Origin: Candidatus Abyssobacteria bacterium SURF_5
GTDB lineage: Bacteria > Abyssobacteria > SURF-5
DNA: 64,000 bases
Assembly: GCA_003598085.1 (NCBI GenBank)
Contig: QZKU01000045.1
Location: 15,852 to 79,851 of the forward strand
Direction of reading: 5' to 3'
Both the position numbers and the translations under genes were made by a program. Each line of letters begins with the position of its first letter. Position 1 is the first letter of the stretch. The notes under the pieces are model-generated. The model did no database searches, was not told the DNA's origin, and saw nothing but the letters and a program-made list of their open reading frames with translations. Of this stretch, positions 16,061 through 25,742 are shown piece by piece.

Positions 16061-18632
16061 AGAGCAAATCGACCAGTAAATTTACGGCGACAAAAACAGC
16101 GGCTCCGAAAAGCACCGTTCCCAGAATTACCGGATAATCGTGCTTCAGAATACCCGTCATCGCATACCGTCCAATGCCATCCCACCCGAAAATTGTTTCC
16201 GTCAGAACCGATCCGTTCAGGTAGCTGCCCATATCGATCCCTATCAGAGTCGTGATCGGAATGAGCGCATTGCGCAACGCATGCTTAATTGCCGCCGTCA
16301 ACGGAGTTAATCCTTTCGCCCTGGCCGTCGTTATGAACGGCTGAGAGAGAATCTCCAGCATGCTCGAGCGCGTCACTCTGGCAATAAAGGCCGCCGAATT
16401 TGTTCCAAGCGCAATTGCGGGCAACACAAGATACGCAAGCTCTCCCCGGCCCATACCCGACGGCGGCAACCAGTTCAACGTGTACGCGAATACGAATACC
16501 AGTAACAGCGCGAGCCAGAAAACAGGCGTCGAAATCCCCGCTACCGAGATCATCCCCAATAATTTGTCGGTCACGGTATTGTGCTTGAGAGCCGAAACGA
16601 CCCCAAGTGTCACGCCGAACAGGATCGAGATCGTTATGGCCGCGCCCGCCAGCCGCAGCGTATTCGGAAATTTTTCCATGAGACTCCTGGCGACCGGCCT
16701 CTTCGTGTAATACGAGCGGCCCAGTTCGCCCTTGCAGATGAGTCTGAGGTAATTTGCAAACTGCGCCGCCAGCGGATCATCCAGCCGCAGCTCGCGCCTC
16801 AACTGCTCGATCGTCTGCGGATCGGCCCGCTCGCCCACCAGCGCAAGCGCGGGATCGCCCGGCGCCATTTTTAAAATCATGAATACAATCAGCGCCACAC
16901 CGATCAAAGTCGGTACCGCAATCAGCAGTCTCCGCGCGGCGTAGGGGAGCAGCGATGGCCTCACCAGGGGATATCCGATTCCAAAAGCAAAAATACCGGC
17001 GATTGGCGCCAGAAAAAGGAGCCCCGCCAGACCGGGTCGGCCATTATTGTCCTCGGCGCCCGCCACCTCTACCCCGGTTCCTTTGTCCGCATGAGGAATA
17101 GCTGCCGGCTCGAAACCCTTCACCCACGGCTGCGCCAGAAAATGATCCGTCCGGTGCCACAGAAAAACCCACGGCGCCTCGTCGATCACTACAGTCTCGG
17201 CCTGCGCATATAGCGCCGCGCGCTTCCGCTCGTCCGGCTCACGCTGGGCTCTCTCTATGAGCGAATCAAAAACCGGATTGCGGTAAAATGAGCGGTTTCC
17301 CGAAGCGCCCCAGTTGGAGGAATGAAATACCGGATACAGAAAATTCTCCGCATCCGGATAATCTGCATACCACGAGAGCAGAAACATGTCCGCAAGGCCG
17401 TCGTTCACCGCCTGCTTGTATGCCGTCCATTCCAATTGAACGATCTCAACGTCAACCCCTGCTCTCCTCAAGTAATACTGAATCGCCTCCGCGACCTCCA
17501 GCGTGCGCTGATCGGCGCTCTGATACAGTTTCAGTGGGCGCTGAGGCCGCCTCTCCGATGATAACTCGGCGCGCGCAGTGACCGGATCATATTTGAGCGC
17601 ACTATCCCTGTGGCTGTGCCCGGGCAACTCCGGCGGAATCGGGCCCCCCGCCACCTGTGCGCGCCCCTGGAGGATAACCTCGACAATTTTTTGCCGGTCG
17701 ATCGCCTGTGAGAGCGCCCGGCGAAACGACGCATCGTTCATCGGCGGCTTCTGGCAGTTAAAGCCGAGATAGTACGTGTTCAGCCCGCCGCGCACCTTCA
17801 TCTGTTTCTGACGGGCGCGATCGGCCGATATTCGCGCGTATTCGGCCGCCGGGATCTCAAGAATATCCAGATTGCCCGCCTCGAATTCGGCCACTCGCGT
17901 GAAATCTTCCGGAATAACCCTGTATTCCATTTCATCCACGCGCGCGTGTTCGGCGTAGTAAGCATCATTGCGCGCGAGCGTCAAGCGCTCGTCGTGACGC
18001 CACTCCTTCAGAATGAACGGGCCCGTGCCTGCCGCATGATCCGAAAAATCGTTCCCCCATCGCTCGACCTCTTCACGCGGCACAACATATGCATTTGGCA
18101 TTGCCAGAAATTGGAGGAATACGGCAAGCGGACGGTCGAGTTCGATCCGAATGGTATAATCGTCGACCACCTGCAGGCCGGATACTTCGCCGGCATCGCC
18201 TTCCATGAATGTGCGCGCGCCCCGTATCGGATCGAACAACCATTTCCTCCTCGATCCCGAGTCCGGCGACAACACGCGCTCGAATGAATACTTGACGTCG
18301 TGTGCGGTAAGACGGCGTCCATTATGAAAGAAGATGTCGCGGCGGAGCGTAAAGATATATGTTGTCCCTGCGTCGGAAATATCCCACCCCGAGGCGATAT
18401 CCGGCGCCACGCTCATGCGCTCGTCAAACCTAACCAGCCCATTGTAAAGCTTTGCCGCAACCGATCCGCCAGTCACATCGACGATCATGGCCGGATCGAG
18501 ACTGGTCGGGTCCTGCGGAAGCGCCATCGCCAGGCGCCTCACATTCTTGTCCTGCTCTTTGGAACATGAAGCGGAGATGAAAACAACCAAGAAGAGAAGA
18601 AGGAGGAAGGCTGTCGCACAATTTTTTTTCAT
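16017..18632 (-). CDS. Fused ABC transporter component: family-5 solute-binding lipoprotein (OppA/DppA-like) joined in-frame to a DppB/OppB-like permease
   Basis: A single uninterrupted ORF. N-terminal lipoprotein signal (LLLFLVVFISASC). ~560-aa SBP_bac_5-like region followed by a polytopic permease region (LLIAVPTLIGVALIVFMILKMAPGDPA...). Likely start MKKNCATAF at 18632. The ORF track's 18722 start overlaps the upstream gene. Confidence 0.7.
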   Translation of the reverse strand: MKKNCATAFLLLLFLVVFISASCSKEQDKNVRRLAMALPQDPTSLDPAMIVDVTGGSVAAKLYNGLVRFDERMSVAPDIASGWDISDAGTTYIFTLRRDIFFHNGRRLTAHDVKYSFERVLSPDSGSRRKWLFDPIRGARTFMEGDAGEVSGLQVVDDYTIRIELDRPLAVFLQFLAMPNAYVVPREEVERWGNDFSDHAAGTGPFILKEWRHDERLTLARNDAYYAEHARVDEMEYRVIPEDFTRVAEFEAGNLDILEIPAAEYARISADRARQKQMKVRGGLNTYYLGFNCQKPPMNDASFRRALSQAIDRQKIVEVILQGRAQVAGGPIPPELPGHSHRDSALKYDPVTARAELSSERRPQRPLKLYQSADQRTLEVAEAIQYYLRRAGVDVEIVQLEWTAYKQAVNDGLADMFLLSWYADYPDAENFLYPVFHSSNWGASGNRSFYRNPVFDSLIERAQREPDERKRAALYAQAETVVIDEAPWVFLWHRTDHFLAQPWVKGFEPAAIPHADKGTGVEVAGAEDNNGRPGLAGLLFLAPIAGIFAFGIGYPLVRPSLLPYAARRLLIAVPTLIGVALIVFMILKMAPGDPALALVGERADPQTIEQLRRELRLDDPLAAQFANYLRLICKGELGRSYYTKRPVARSLMEKFPNTLRLAGAAITISILFGVTLGVVSALKHNTVTDKLLGMISVAGISTPVFWLALLLVFVFAYTLNWLPPSGMGRGELAYLVLPAIALGTNSAAFIARVTRSSMLEILSQPFITTARAKGLTPLTAAIKHALRNALIPITTLIGIDMGSYLNGSVLTETIFGWDGIGRYAMTGILKHDYPVILGTVLFGAAVFVAVNLLVDLLYAAIDPRIELQKEK

Positions 18633-19366
18633 ATGCGAGAGGCGGAGAAGCGCTCGCAAGCTTCTGTAAACGCGGAAAAAATGTTCCGCCGATTCTGATC
18701 GGCTGCTTTCTCCGGATGCCATTGAAGCCCGAGAATGAAATGGTCGTTCTGTGACTCGATTGCCTCAATTACGCCGTCCTCACATTCGGCTGAGAGGGTG
18801 AGGCCTGCCCCAACATTACGAACCGCCTGATGATGGCTCGAATTCACTTCAACGCTCTCCCTTCCCATGATCGACAGTAATCGACTGCCCCGCTTTATTT
18901 GCACCCGGTGCCGATACACGAGGTTGCCCGGCTTGTGAATGCGCGATCCCGGCAGTTGATGGGCGATATCATAAAAAAGTGTGCCGCCGAAATGAAGATT
19001 GATGAACTGCATCCCGTAGCAGATTCCCAAGAGCGGCATGCGCCGCTCGAGCGCCCCCATGAGCAGCGCGCGATCCTGTGCCATCCGCTTCTCAGGAGCA
19101 AGGACCAACTCAACCTCCGCTGCTTCATTTGGAACGTTGGTGGGGAGATCCTCTCCGCCGGTCAATAACAGGCCGTCGATCCTCTTGAAGATATCTTCAT
19201 ACAAATTCGACTGCAGGTAGGAGATTATGCAGGGAACCGCGCCGGCCTCGGCGACGGCTTCAGCATATGAGATTTCCAGAAACTGATACGTTCGGTCCGG
19301 ATTGATCCTTGCCCCGACATCGATGCACGTCGAAATGCCAATCAGCGGTTTCACCGTCTTCTTCAT
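18629..19366 (-). CDS. Class I glutamine amidotransferase-like / gamma-glutamyl hydrolase (peptidase C26, PuuD-like)
   Basis: Catalytic Cys context LGICYGMQ and a His/Glu pair near the C-terminus. 245 aa. Confidence 0.7.
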   Translation of the reverse strand: MKKTVKPLIGISTCIDVGARINPDRTYQFLEISYAEAVAEAGAVPCIISYLQSNLYEDIFKRIDGLLLTGGEDLPTNVPNEAAEVELVLAPEKRMAQDRALLMGALERRMPLLGICYGMQFINLHFGGTLFYDIAHQLPGSRIHKPGNLVYRHRVQIKRGSRLLSIMGRESVEVNSSHHQAVRNVGAGLTLSAECEDGVIEAIESQNDHFILGLQWHPEKAADQNRRNIFSAFTEACERFSASRI

Positions 19367-19379
19367 TTGCCGTTACCAA

Positions 19380-20138
19380 CTAATACTTGACCGAGACCAA
19401 ACATAATCCTTGGGCGGGAGCGGTTGGACCGGCTAAGCCGCGGTCCCTCGCCTCCAGTATTGCCGCCATACTCTGCGCCGGCAGTTTGCCGCGGCCGGCT
19501 TCGACCAGCGTCCCAATAATATTGCGCGCCATCTTATAAAGAAAACCGTTCGCCGTGATATCGAAATGAAAAAGACCTTCATTCCCAACGCACGAATTCA
19601 AAATCCCGCCTTCACCAAACGAAATCCCGTGTATCGTCCGCACATGTCCTTTTTCTCCGCCGCCGGCCGCAACAAAAGAGGAAAAATCATGTTCACCCAC
19701 CAAATAGTTCGCGGCCGCTTGCATCGCCTCTAAATCGAGTGGCTCATGAATGTGCCATGCATACCGCCTCTGGAACGGACTGAGATAAGCCCCCAAAGCA
19801 AAAGCATAACGATAAGTTTTCTCCCGCGCGTATCGCGGAGCGAATCCGGCTTCGACTTCTCTTGCATCCGTCAGTCGGATATCAGGCGGCAGAATCCCAT
19901 TCAGTGACCGCCGAAGCTTCTCCATCGGAATCTCTGATTCCGTTGTAAAAGCGGCTACCTGCCCGAGCGCATGCACGCCGGAATCGGTCCGGCTCGCACC
20001 TGATACCCGGATTCGTTCCCTGAGTATCATCGAGAGCGCTCTCTCGACAAGCTCCTGAACTGTGACGGCATTCTCCTGTATCTGCCAGCCCGCGTATTCC
20101 GAACCGTCGTACTGGAGGTCGAGCCTGATCGTATGCAT
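19380..20138 (-). CDS. truA: tRNA pseudouridine(38-40) synthase TruA
   Basis: N-terminus MHTIRLDLQYDGSEYAGWQIQ. Conserved RTDSGVHALGQV catalytic Asp motif. Confidence 0.85.
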   Translation of the reverse strand: MHTIRLDLQYDGSEYAGWQIQENAVTVQELVERALSMILRERIRVSGASRTDSGVHALGQVAAFTTESEIPMEKLRRSLNGILPPDIRLTDAREVEAGFAPRYAREKTYRYAFALGAYLSPFQRRYAWHIHEPLDLEAMQAAANYLVGEHDFSSFVAAGGGEKGHVRTIHGISFGEGGILNSCVGNEGLFHFDITANGFLYKMARNIIGTLVEAGRGKLPAQSMAAILEARDRGLAGPTAPAQGLCLVSVKY

Positions 20139-20300
20139 GTATTCGCGGCGAAACGGCGGCTTCTAACTGGTACTGCGGGAAACATTTCATCTGTATCTCG
20201 TTTCACTATACAGCGCCGAAAGCAGAAAAATCAAGATAAGCGGACGCACCTGAGAATCAGTAAATGGCCGGGAGAGACCTGGGATGAGCGCCAGCTGGAT

Positions 20301-23147
20301 TTAATCAGTCGCCGCTTGCGCAGGCAGGAAAATGTCTACTATGGTACCTTTATTCTTTTCGCTCGTGAATTGCAGCCTCCCGTTATGCGCTTCAATAATT
20401 TTTCTGCAAATGGTAATCCCGAGACCGGTCCCGTGAGTTTTCGTCGTGAAGAAAGGCTCATCAATCCGTTCCAAAGTCTCACTGTCAATTCCGCAACCCG
20501 TATCCGCAATAGACAGATTCAGGTACGGCAAGCCCTCGACCGAGCAGAAGCGTGAGGAGATGATCAGGTCGCCGCCGCCAGGCATGGCTTCCACCGCATT
20601 ATTTATGAGATTTACCAGCACTCGCGAGATCTTCTCCAAATCAAGCTGTATCTTCTTTTCCGATTCCTCGAGCCGCTTGGCTACATTTACGTGCGCAAGG
20701 CGCTCATGGAGCAGGCTCAGGGTGTGCTCGACTGTTTCCTCCACCGACCACCCAGAATACATCAGGTTCACCGGCTTCGAATAATCCAGCAGTTCCCGCA
20801 CGATCGCATCCAGGATCCGGACCCCCTTGGAGATCTCCTCCAGAATCTCTGCTTTTTCGTGGTCGTTCTTCAGCTCCTTTCGAAGCGCGTCGGTTCCCAT
20901 GTAGATATTCTGGAGCGGATTCCGTATCTCGTGCGCCACGACCGAAACCATCTGACCGAGCGACGCCAGCGTTTTTGCCTGCTGGAGTTCCGCCACCTTC
21001 TTTTTTACGGTCGCCTCAAGTCCCGCCGATAACCAGCGGTAACGGGCCTCCGACCGCTGCACTGCGAGTAGATATTTGCTGTTGCGCAATGCGACCGCCG
21101 CATGACCCGCAAACGCACCGGCAAGCTGCACGTCTTCCTCTGAAAATCCATTGTGCTTGTTATATAAAGTCAACAGGCCGACCGCACACTCGTCAAGCAG
21201 GATCGGAACGATCAGAACCTCTTGCGCCTTTAACGAGAGAGGCGATAATTCAATGTCGGCGCCCGCATTATTCTTGCATATCGGTTTTGCCGTAGTGTAT
21301 GCCGTCATGCGTGTCCCGCCCGGATCAAGCCGGCTCTTCTTTTTTCCGCCGCCGCTGCTGTGCGCGCCGTCGCCATCGACTATTATCAGCTCCTCGCAAT
21401 CAGCGTTCTCCTCGTCTCTTAAAGTTATGCTCCCCGCCGAAGCACCGATCACTCTTCTGCATGAAGCAATGATTGCCGCCGCCGTTTTCGAAAAATCCTG
21501 ATACTCCTGTACCGCCTTCGAGCTCTCCAATAGCGCCGACGCCTCCGCAACCTTCCGCCGCGATAAGTCGAGAGCCTGCCTCACCGTCTCGTTCATCTGT
21601 ATGCGCACAATCGCCGTCCCGATATGGATGACAGCTTGTGTCAATACCCTCAGCGTCTTTTCCTGAACGGTCTTCTGATCTCGAGCGGCCACTTGAATAA
21701 GCCCAACGAGGCGGCGCTCAATCCGAACAGGCACGGACGCAATCATCTGAAAACCGAGACTCTGACATTGCGGAATCACGTCGCCTCCGCTCTTCGTCGA
21801 TACATGGGGCGACGTCTGATTGCCGCCAAGATTAAAGATGCCCGTTGAACCTTCCGCCGCTATCCGGCAAAGACACCATTCATCCGCGGTTGAAAGCGGA
21901 CACACGTTCTCGAAGAACCCCTTGTTGAATCCAATCTGCACTTGCTTGGAAATCGTTTTGCCGGGTTCAAAAACCCGGATGCCGACCGCGTCGCAGCCCG
22001 TGAACGCATGGATTATCCGCACAAAGTCCTTCAGCAGAGGCTCCATTTGGGTATGTTCATTGGCCACCTGAAGAAAAAGATTCGTCAGGTGCAGGATTTC
22101 CTCCGCCTGCTTCCGGTCTGTTATATCCAGAGCCGTAGAGTGAAAACCGATCGGCTCACCCCGGTTCTTCAACAAAGTGACGCTGCTTTCAAGCGTTCTT
22201 CGTTCCCCGGCCTTTGTAATGACATCGTACTCGAAACTGCTGACTCCTTCGCCCGTCCGAAAAACCCTGTTGTACTCGCCAAATACTCTTTCCACGGCAT
22301 CGGGGGCGACGTGCTCCCGATAGCTTTTTCCCACGACTTCTTCGGGTGACTGTAACCCGAGAACGTTCAGCGCAGCGGTGTTTATCGAAGTGTAATTCCC
22401 CCGCAAATCCATCGAAAAAATTCCCATGAGCGAATTTCCGAAGTGGGCTCGATACTTCTCCTCGTTCTGAAGAAGCGCTTCCTCGGCTTCCCTCTGCTTC
22501 GTTATGTCCTGTATCATCCAGTGGATTCGGCGGTTCCCATCTTCATCCAGCGAGGAGGCGGCATGTAATGCGGCGGGAAGCAAAACTTCTCTCTTCGGCT
22601 GCAGGCGCACCTCCCAGCCCGACACCCCCTGATCCTGTCTCAAATGCTGAAGCGCCGTGTAGAAATCGAGCCTATTCTCCTTCGAAAGAGAACTGAGCAG
22701 TGGTCTTCCGATCAGCTGTTGCTCCGAAATGTCCAGAAGCGAGAGCGCAGCCTTGTTGCACTCGAGCACCATACCGGAATTGTCTGTGATAAGATACCCG
22801 CTGGGAGCGAAATCAAAAAAATCCTTGTAGCGCCTGCGCTCGCCCTCGATTGTGCTGAGCACGCCCTGGAGTATCTCGTTCTGCTCCTTCAACTCCTCTC
22901 CGGCAAGCGCCAATCCCTCCTGCGCCGATAGCAGGGCTTGATGCTCTGAAGGAAAATTGGCCACAGGGTTCGCAAGGCGCGCCTCGAATTCCTGCATCCG
23001 CTTTTTCAACTCATTGAATTCGTCCGTCATTTTCTTCAGGTGACGTCGATACCGGTCTATCGCCAGGTCGGACTTCCTCTTTTGTGCGAATAGAAAGTCC
23101 TTGTCTTTGGCAGGTTTCGTATGAGATATGTCGGTCTCTTTTCGCAT
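20301..23147 (-). CDS. Multi-domain sensor histidine kinase (PAS and GAF sensor domains, HisKA, HATPase_c)
   Basis: H-box VVAHEIRNPLQNI. N, G1 and G2 boxes (NLINNAVEAM, DTGCGID, GTGLGITICRKI). 948 aa. Confidence 0.8.
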   Translation of the reverse strand: MRKETDISHTKPAKDKDFLFAQKRKSDLAIDRYRRHLKKMTDEFNELKKRMQEFEARLANPVANFPSEHQALLSAQEGLALAGEELKEQNEILQGVLSTIEGERRRYKDFFDFAPSGYLITDNSGMVLECNKAALSLLDISEQQLIGRPLLSSLSKENRLDFYTALQHLRQDQGVSGWEVRLQPKREVLLPAALHAASSLDEDGNRRIHWMIQDITKQREAEEALLQNEEKYRAHFGNSLMGIFSMDLRGNYTSINTAALNVLGLQSPEEVVGKSYREHVAPDAVERVFGEYNRVFRTGEGVSSFEYDVITKAGERRTLESSVTLLKNRGEPIGFHSTALDITDRKQAEEILHLTNLFLQVANEHTQMEPLLKDFVRIIHAFTGCDAVGIRVFEPGKTISKQVQIGFNKGFFENVCPLSTADEWCLCRIAAEGSTGIFNLGGNQTSPHVSTKSGGDVIPQCQSLGFQMIASVPVRIERRLVGLIQVAARDQKTVQEKTLRVLTQAVIHIGTAIVRIQMNETVRQALDLSRRKVAEASALLESSKAVQEYQDFSKTAAAIIASCRRVIGASAGSITLRDEENADCEELIIVDGDGAHSSGGGKKKSRLDPGGTRMTAYTTAKPICKNNAGADIELSPLSLKAQEVLIVPILLDECAVGLLTLYNKHNGFSEEDVQLAGAFAGHAAVALRNSKYLLAVQRSEARYRWLSAGLEATVKKKVAELQQAKTLASLGQMVSVVAHEIRNPLQNIYMGTDALRKELKNDHEKAEILEEISKGVRILDAIVRELLDYSKPVNLMYSGWSVEETVEHTLSLLHERLAHVNVAKRLEESEKKIQLDLEKISRVLVNLINNAVEAMPGGGDLIISSRFCSVEGLPYLNLSIADTGCGIDSETLERIDEPFFTTKTHGTGLGITICRKIIEAHNGRLQFTSEKNKGTIVDIFLPAQAATD

Positions 23148-23648
23148 TGTTCGCCTCTGCTCTCGCCTGTATAAAAGAGGGACCCGACTTGAATCATGAG
23201 AGGCAACAGCGGGAATTCTCTGACGTGAAACTTTAAAAAGAATAGACTGCAGTTACGGGTTTTCTTGATCTACCGCAAAGGGTGTGGGTCTTAGCGAAAA
23301 ACTCCCGTCTCTCTCATCAGATGCTTCAGCCTTGGGGAGATTGTACAAGAGGAAAATATTATTGTCAAGCAAAAAAATAATCCTCACCATGCCCCCTTTT
23401 TCGGCGCGATAAAATAGCACTTTGCTTTTTATTTTCCGCGTTTTCCGCTGTCTAATGACGCTTTTTTTGCGATAGGTTTTGCCAGCATTGCCGGGGGACT
23501 ATTTTCTTTGCTTTTTCCGTTCCTGATAGCTTTGCCCGCACCATTTCCTCCTCGCTTTCGATGCGGTTTGGTCCGGGAACCCCCTGAAGTGTTGACAATC
23601 CAGCGAACTCTCGGATAGTCTAGGTGAACTCGCAGGAGCCTTTGCCGC

Positions 23649-24626
23649 TTGTCATCAATACACATGAGGAATGAAATGAAACGAGTACTGCTTGGAAACA
23701 GCGGAATCGAGGTAACGGAGCTCTGCTTCGGAACGTTGACCATGAGCTGCCTTCAAACAGATATGCCTTCCGCCGAGGGCGGCAGAATTATCGCTCATGC
23801 ACTGGAACTCGGCGTTGATTTCATCGATACCGCGCAGGCATATCGCACCTACGAACATGTCGCCGCGGCCATCAAGCGGAGAAAGAACAAACCAGTCATC
23901 GCAACAAAATCACATGCCCGCACATACGAGGAAATGAATAAGGCTGTCGAGCAGGCCCTTGAAATCATGGGACTCGACCGCCTGGACATTTTTCTGTTCC
24001 ACCTGACTCGCTCCGAGGAGGACTATCTCGACCGCCGCGGCGCCATCGACTGCTTGCTCGAATACAAACAAAAAGGACTGATCCGCGCGCTCGGACTTTC
24101 CACACACACGCTCGAGGGGCTGAAACCAGCCTTCAATCACACCGAGATCGAGATCGTCCTCGCATGCATCAACAGCAAGGGCCTCGGGATTAATGACGCC
24201 TCTCTCGATCAGTTCCTGCCCGCCCTCCGCAAATTGCATGCGCAGGGCAAGGGGGTCTATGCAATGAAGCCGCTCGGAGGCGGCCATCTCTTCCATGACG
24301 TCGCCCCCTCGCTCAACTTCGTGCGGCGGCTCGACACGGTTGACGTTCTCGCTGTCGGCATGAAAAGTGTCGCGGAAGTAGAAATGAACGTGTGCATCTT
24401 TAACGACCAACCCGTGCCCGCGCAGGTCCAGGAGCGAGCAAAACAGGTGTCGAAGCAATTGAAAATTTACACCCACATCTGCCAGGGGTGCGGCAGTTGC
24501 GTCGCGCACTGCGATCAGGGTGCGCTTTCTCTTCAGGACGAGAAAGTCGTTGTTGACCAGAGTAAGTGCATTCTCTGCGGGTACTGCGCCGAGGAGTGCC
24601 CGGTTTTTTGTATTCGAGTTATCTGA
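23649..24626 (+). CDS. Aldo/keto reductase fused to a C-terminal 2x[4Fe-4S] ferredoxin domain
   Basis: AKR core (GIEVTELCFGT...IDTAQAY). C-terminal CQGCGSCVAHC and CILCGYCAEECP cluster-binding motifs. Confidence 0.75.
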   Translation: MSSIHMRNEMKRVLLGNSGIEVTELCFGTLTMSCLQTDMPSAEGGRIIAHALELGVDFIDTAQAYRTYEHVAAAIKRRKNKPVIATKSHARTYEEMNKAVEQALEIMGLDRLDIFLFHLTRSEEDYLDRRGAIDCLLEYKQKGLIRALGLSTHTLEGLKPAFNHTEIEIVLACINSKGLGINDASLDQFLPALRKLHAQGKGVYAMKPLGGGHLFHDVAPSLNFVRRLDTVDVLAVGMKSVAEVEMNVCIFNDQPVPAQVQERAKQVSKQLKIYTHICQGCGSCVAHCDQGALSLQDEKVVVDQSKCILCGYCAEECPVFCIRVI

Positions 24627-24662
24627 TCGGGTCCGCGGGAGAATTCACGCAAGGAGTTTTTC

Positions 24663-25661
24663 ATGAAAATCGCCGCTTACATCGATAAAGGCATCATGGA
24701 GATCAAGGAGATTCCTGTCCCAAAACCGAACGACGACGAGCTTCTCGTGAAAGTTTCTTATTGCGGCATCTGCGGCTCGGACATTCATCAGGTGCAGTAT
24801 GGCATGGAAGAGCCCGGCGACCTCATGATGGGACACGAAATCACCGGAATCATTGCAGAAGTCGGCAGGAACGTCCAGGGATGGAACGAGGGCGACCGCG
24901 CAATAGTCTCGCGCGTCTGGCGATGCGGCGCCTGCTGGTATTGTCATAATCATCTCCCCCAGCTCTGTCCAAACAAGCACGCTACCAGCAACGGCGGCTA
25001 CGCAGAATATCTCACGTGTACTCCCGAGCACCTGTTCCCGATTCCGAACGAGGTCTCCCTCGAAGCGGCCTCCCTGTGGAATCCGATGACCAACTCGATC
25101 CACGGCGTGCAGCTTTCACGCCTGAAAATGGCTGACTTCGCGATTGTGCTGGGCGCCGGCCCCATCGGCCTTTTCACCATTGCGGCCGCCAGACGCGCAG
25201 GAGCGTTTCCCGTCATTGCCGCCGAAATCCAGCCGAAACGAGCCGAGGCCGCTCGAAAACTGGGCGCGCATGCGGTCCTGAACCCGCTCGAGGACAACCT
25301 CCTTCAAGCATGCCAGCACGTGCAGGAATACGGGGCCGACCTCGTTTACGATTGCGCCGGCGGCGCCGAAACACTACAGGAAGCGATTCAACTTGTCCGC
25401 TGCGGAGGCCAGGTCATCCTGCTCGGTATCCACATGGAATTCTTCTCCTTTAGCTCGATTCTGTGGGTGATGAAAGAGGTCGACGTGCAGGCCGCTTTCG
25501 GCACGACCAACCAAATCCCGATCGTTATCGAGATGTTGCGGGACGGCGCTGTTAATGCAAACGATGTTGTAAGTAATATCATCTCTCTCGACGACTTGCC
25601 CGTAATGATGAAAAAGCTGTTCGGACAAAACGATGAGATTAAAGTCCTCGTGCAACCATGA
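24663..25661 (+). CDS. Zinc-dependent alcohol dehydrogenase (MDR family; threonine/sorbitol dehydrogenase-like)
   Basis: Catalytic zinc motif GICGSDIH. Structural zinc cysteines CGACWYC. Rossmann motif GAGPIG. Confidence 0.8.
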   Translation: MKIAAYIDKGIMEIKEIPVPKPNDDELLVKVSYCGICGSDIHQVQYGMEEPGDLMMGHEITGIIAEVGRNVQGWNEGDRAIVSRVWRCGACWYCHNHLPQLCPNKHATSNGGYAEYLTCTPEHLFPIPNEVSLEAASLWNPMTNSIHGVQLSRLKMADFAIVLGAGPIGLFTIAAARRAGAFPVIAAEIQPKRAEAARKLGAHAVLNPLEDNLLQACQHVQEYGADLVYDCAGGAETLQEAIQLVRCGGQVILLGIHMEFFSFSSILWVMKEVDVQAAFGTTNQIPIVIEMLRDGAVNANDVVSNIISLDDLPVMMKKLFGQNDEIKVLVQP

Positions 25662-25742
25662 TTTTTTGCAGTAACCAGCATCCGAAACAAACCACCGGAA
25701 AAGTTTTCTCTCCTCCTACAACGGCCTCTTATTTTCAGAATA

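Noticed and set aside
20133-20555. 140-aa plus-strand ORF between truA and the histidine kinase
   Set aside because: Overlaps the histidine kinase 3' end antisense and the truA start. No ribosome-binding site. Likely non-coding.
23910-24509. 199-aa minus-strand ORF (and 24645..25103 minus)
   Set aside because: Antisense to the aldo/keto reductase and alcohol dehydrogenase genes. Shadow ORFs.
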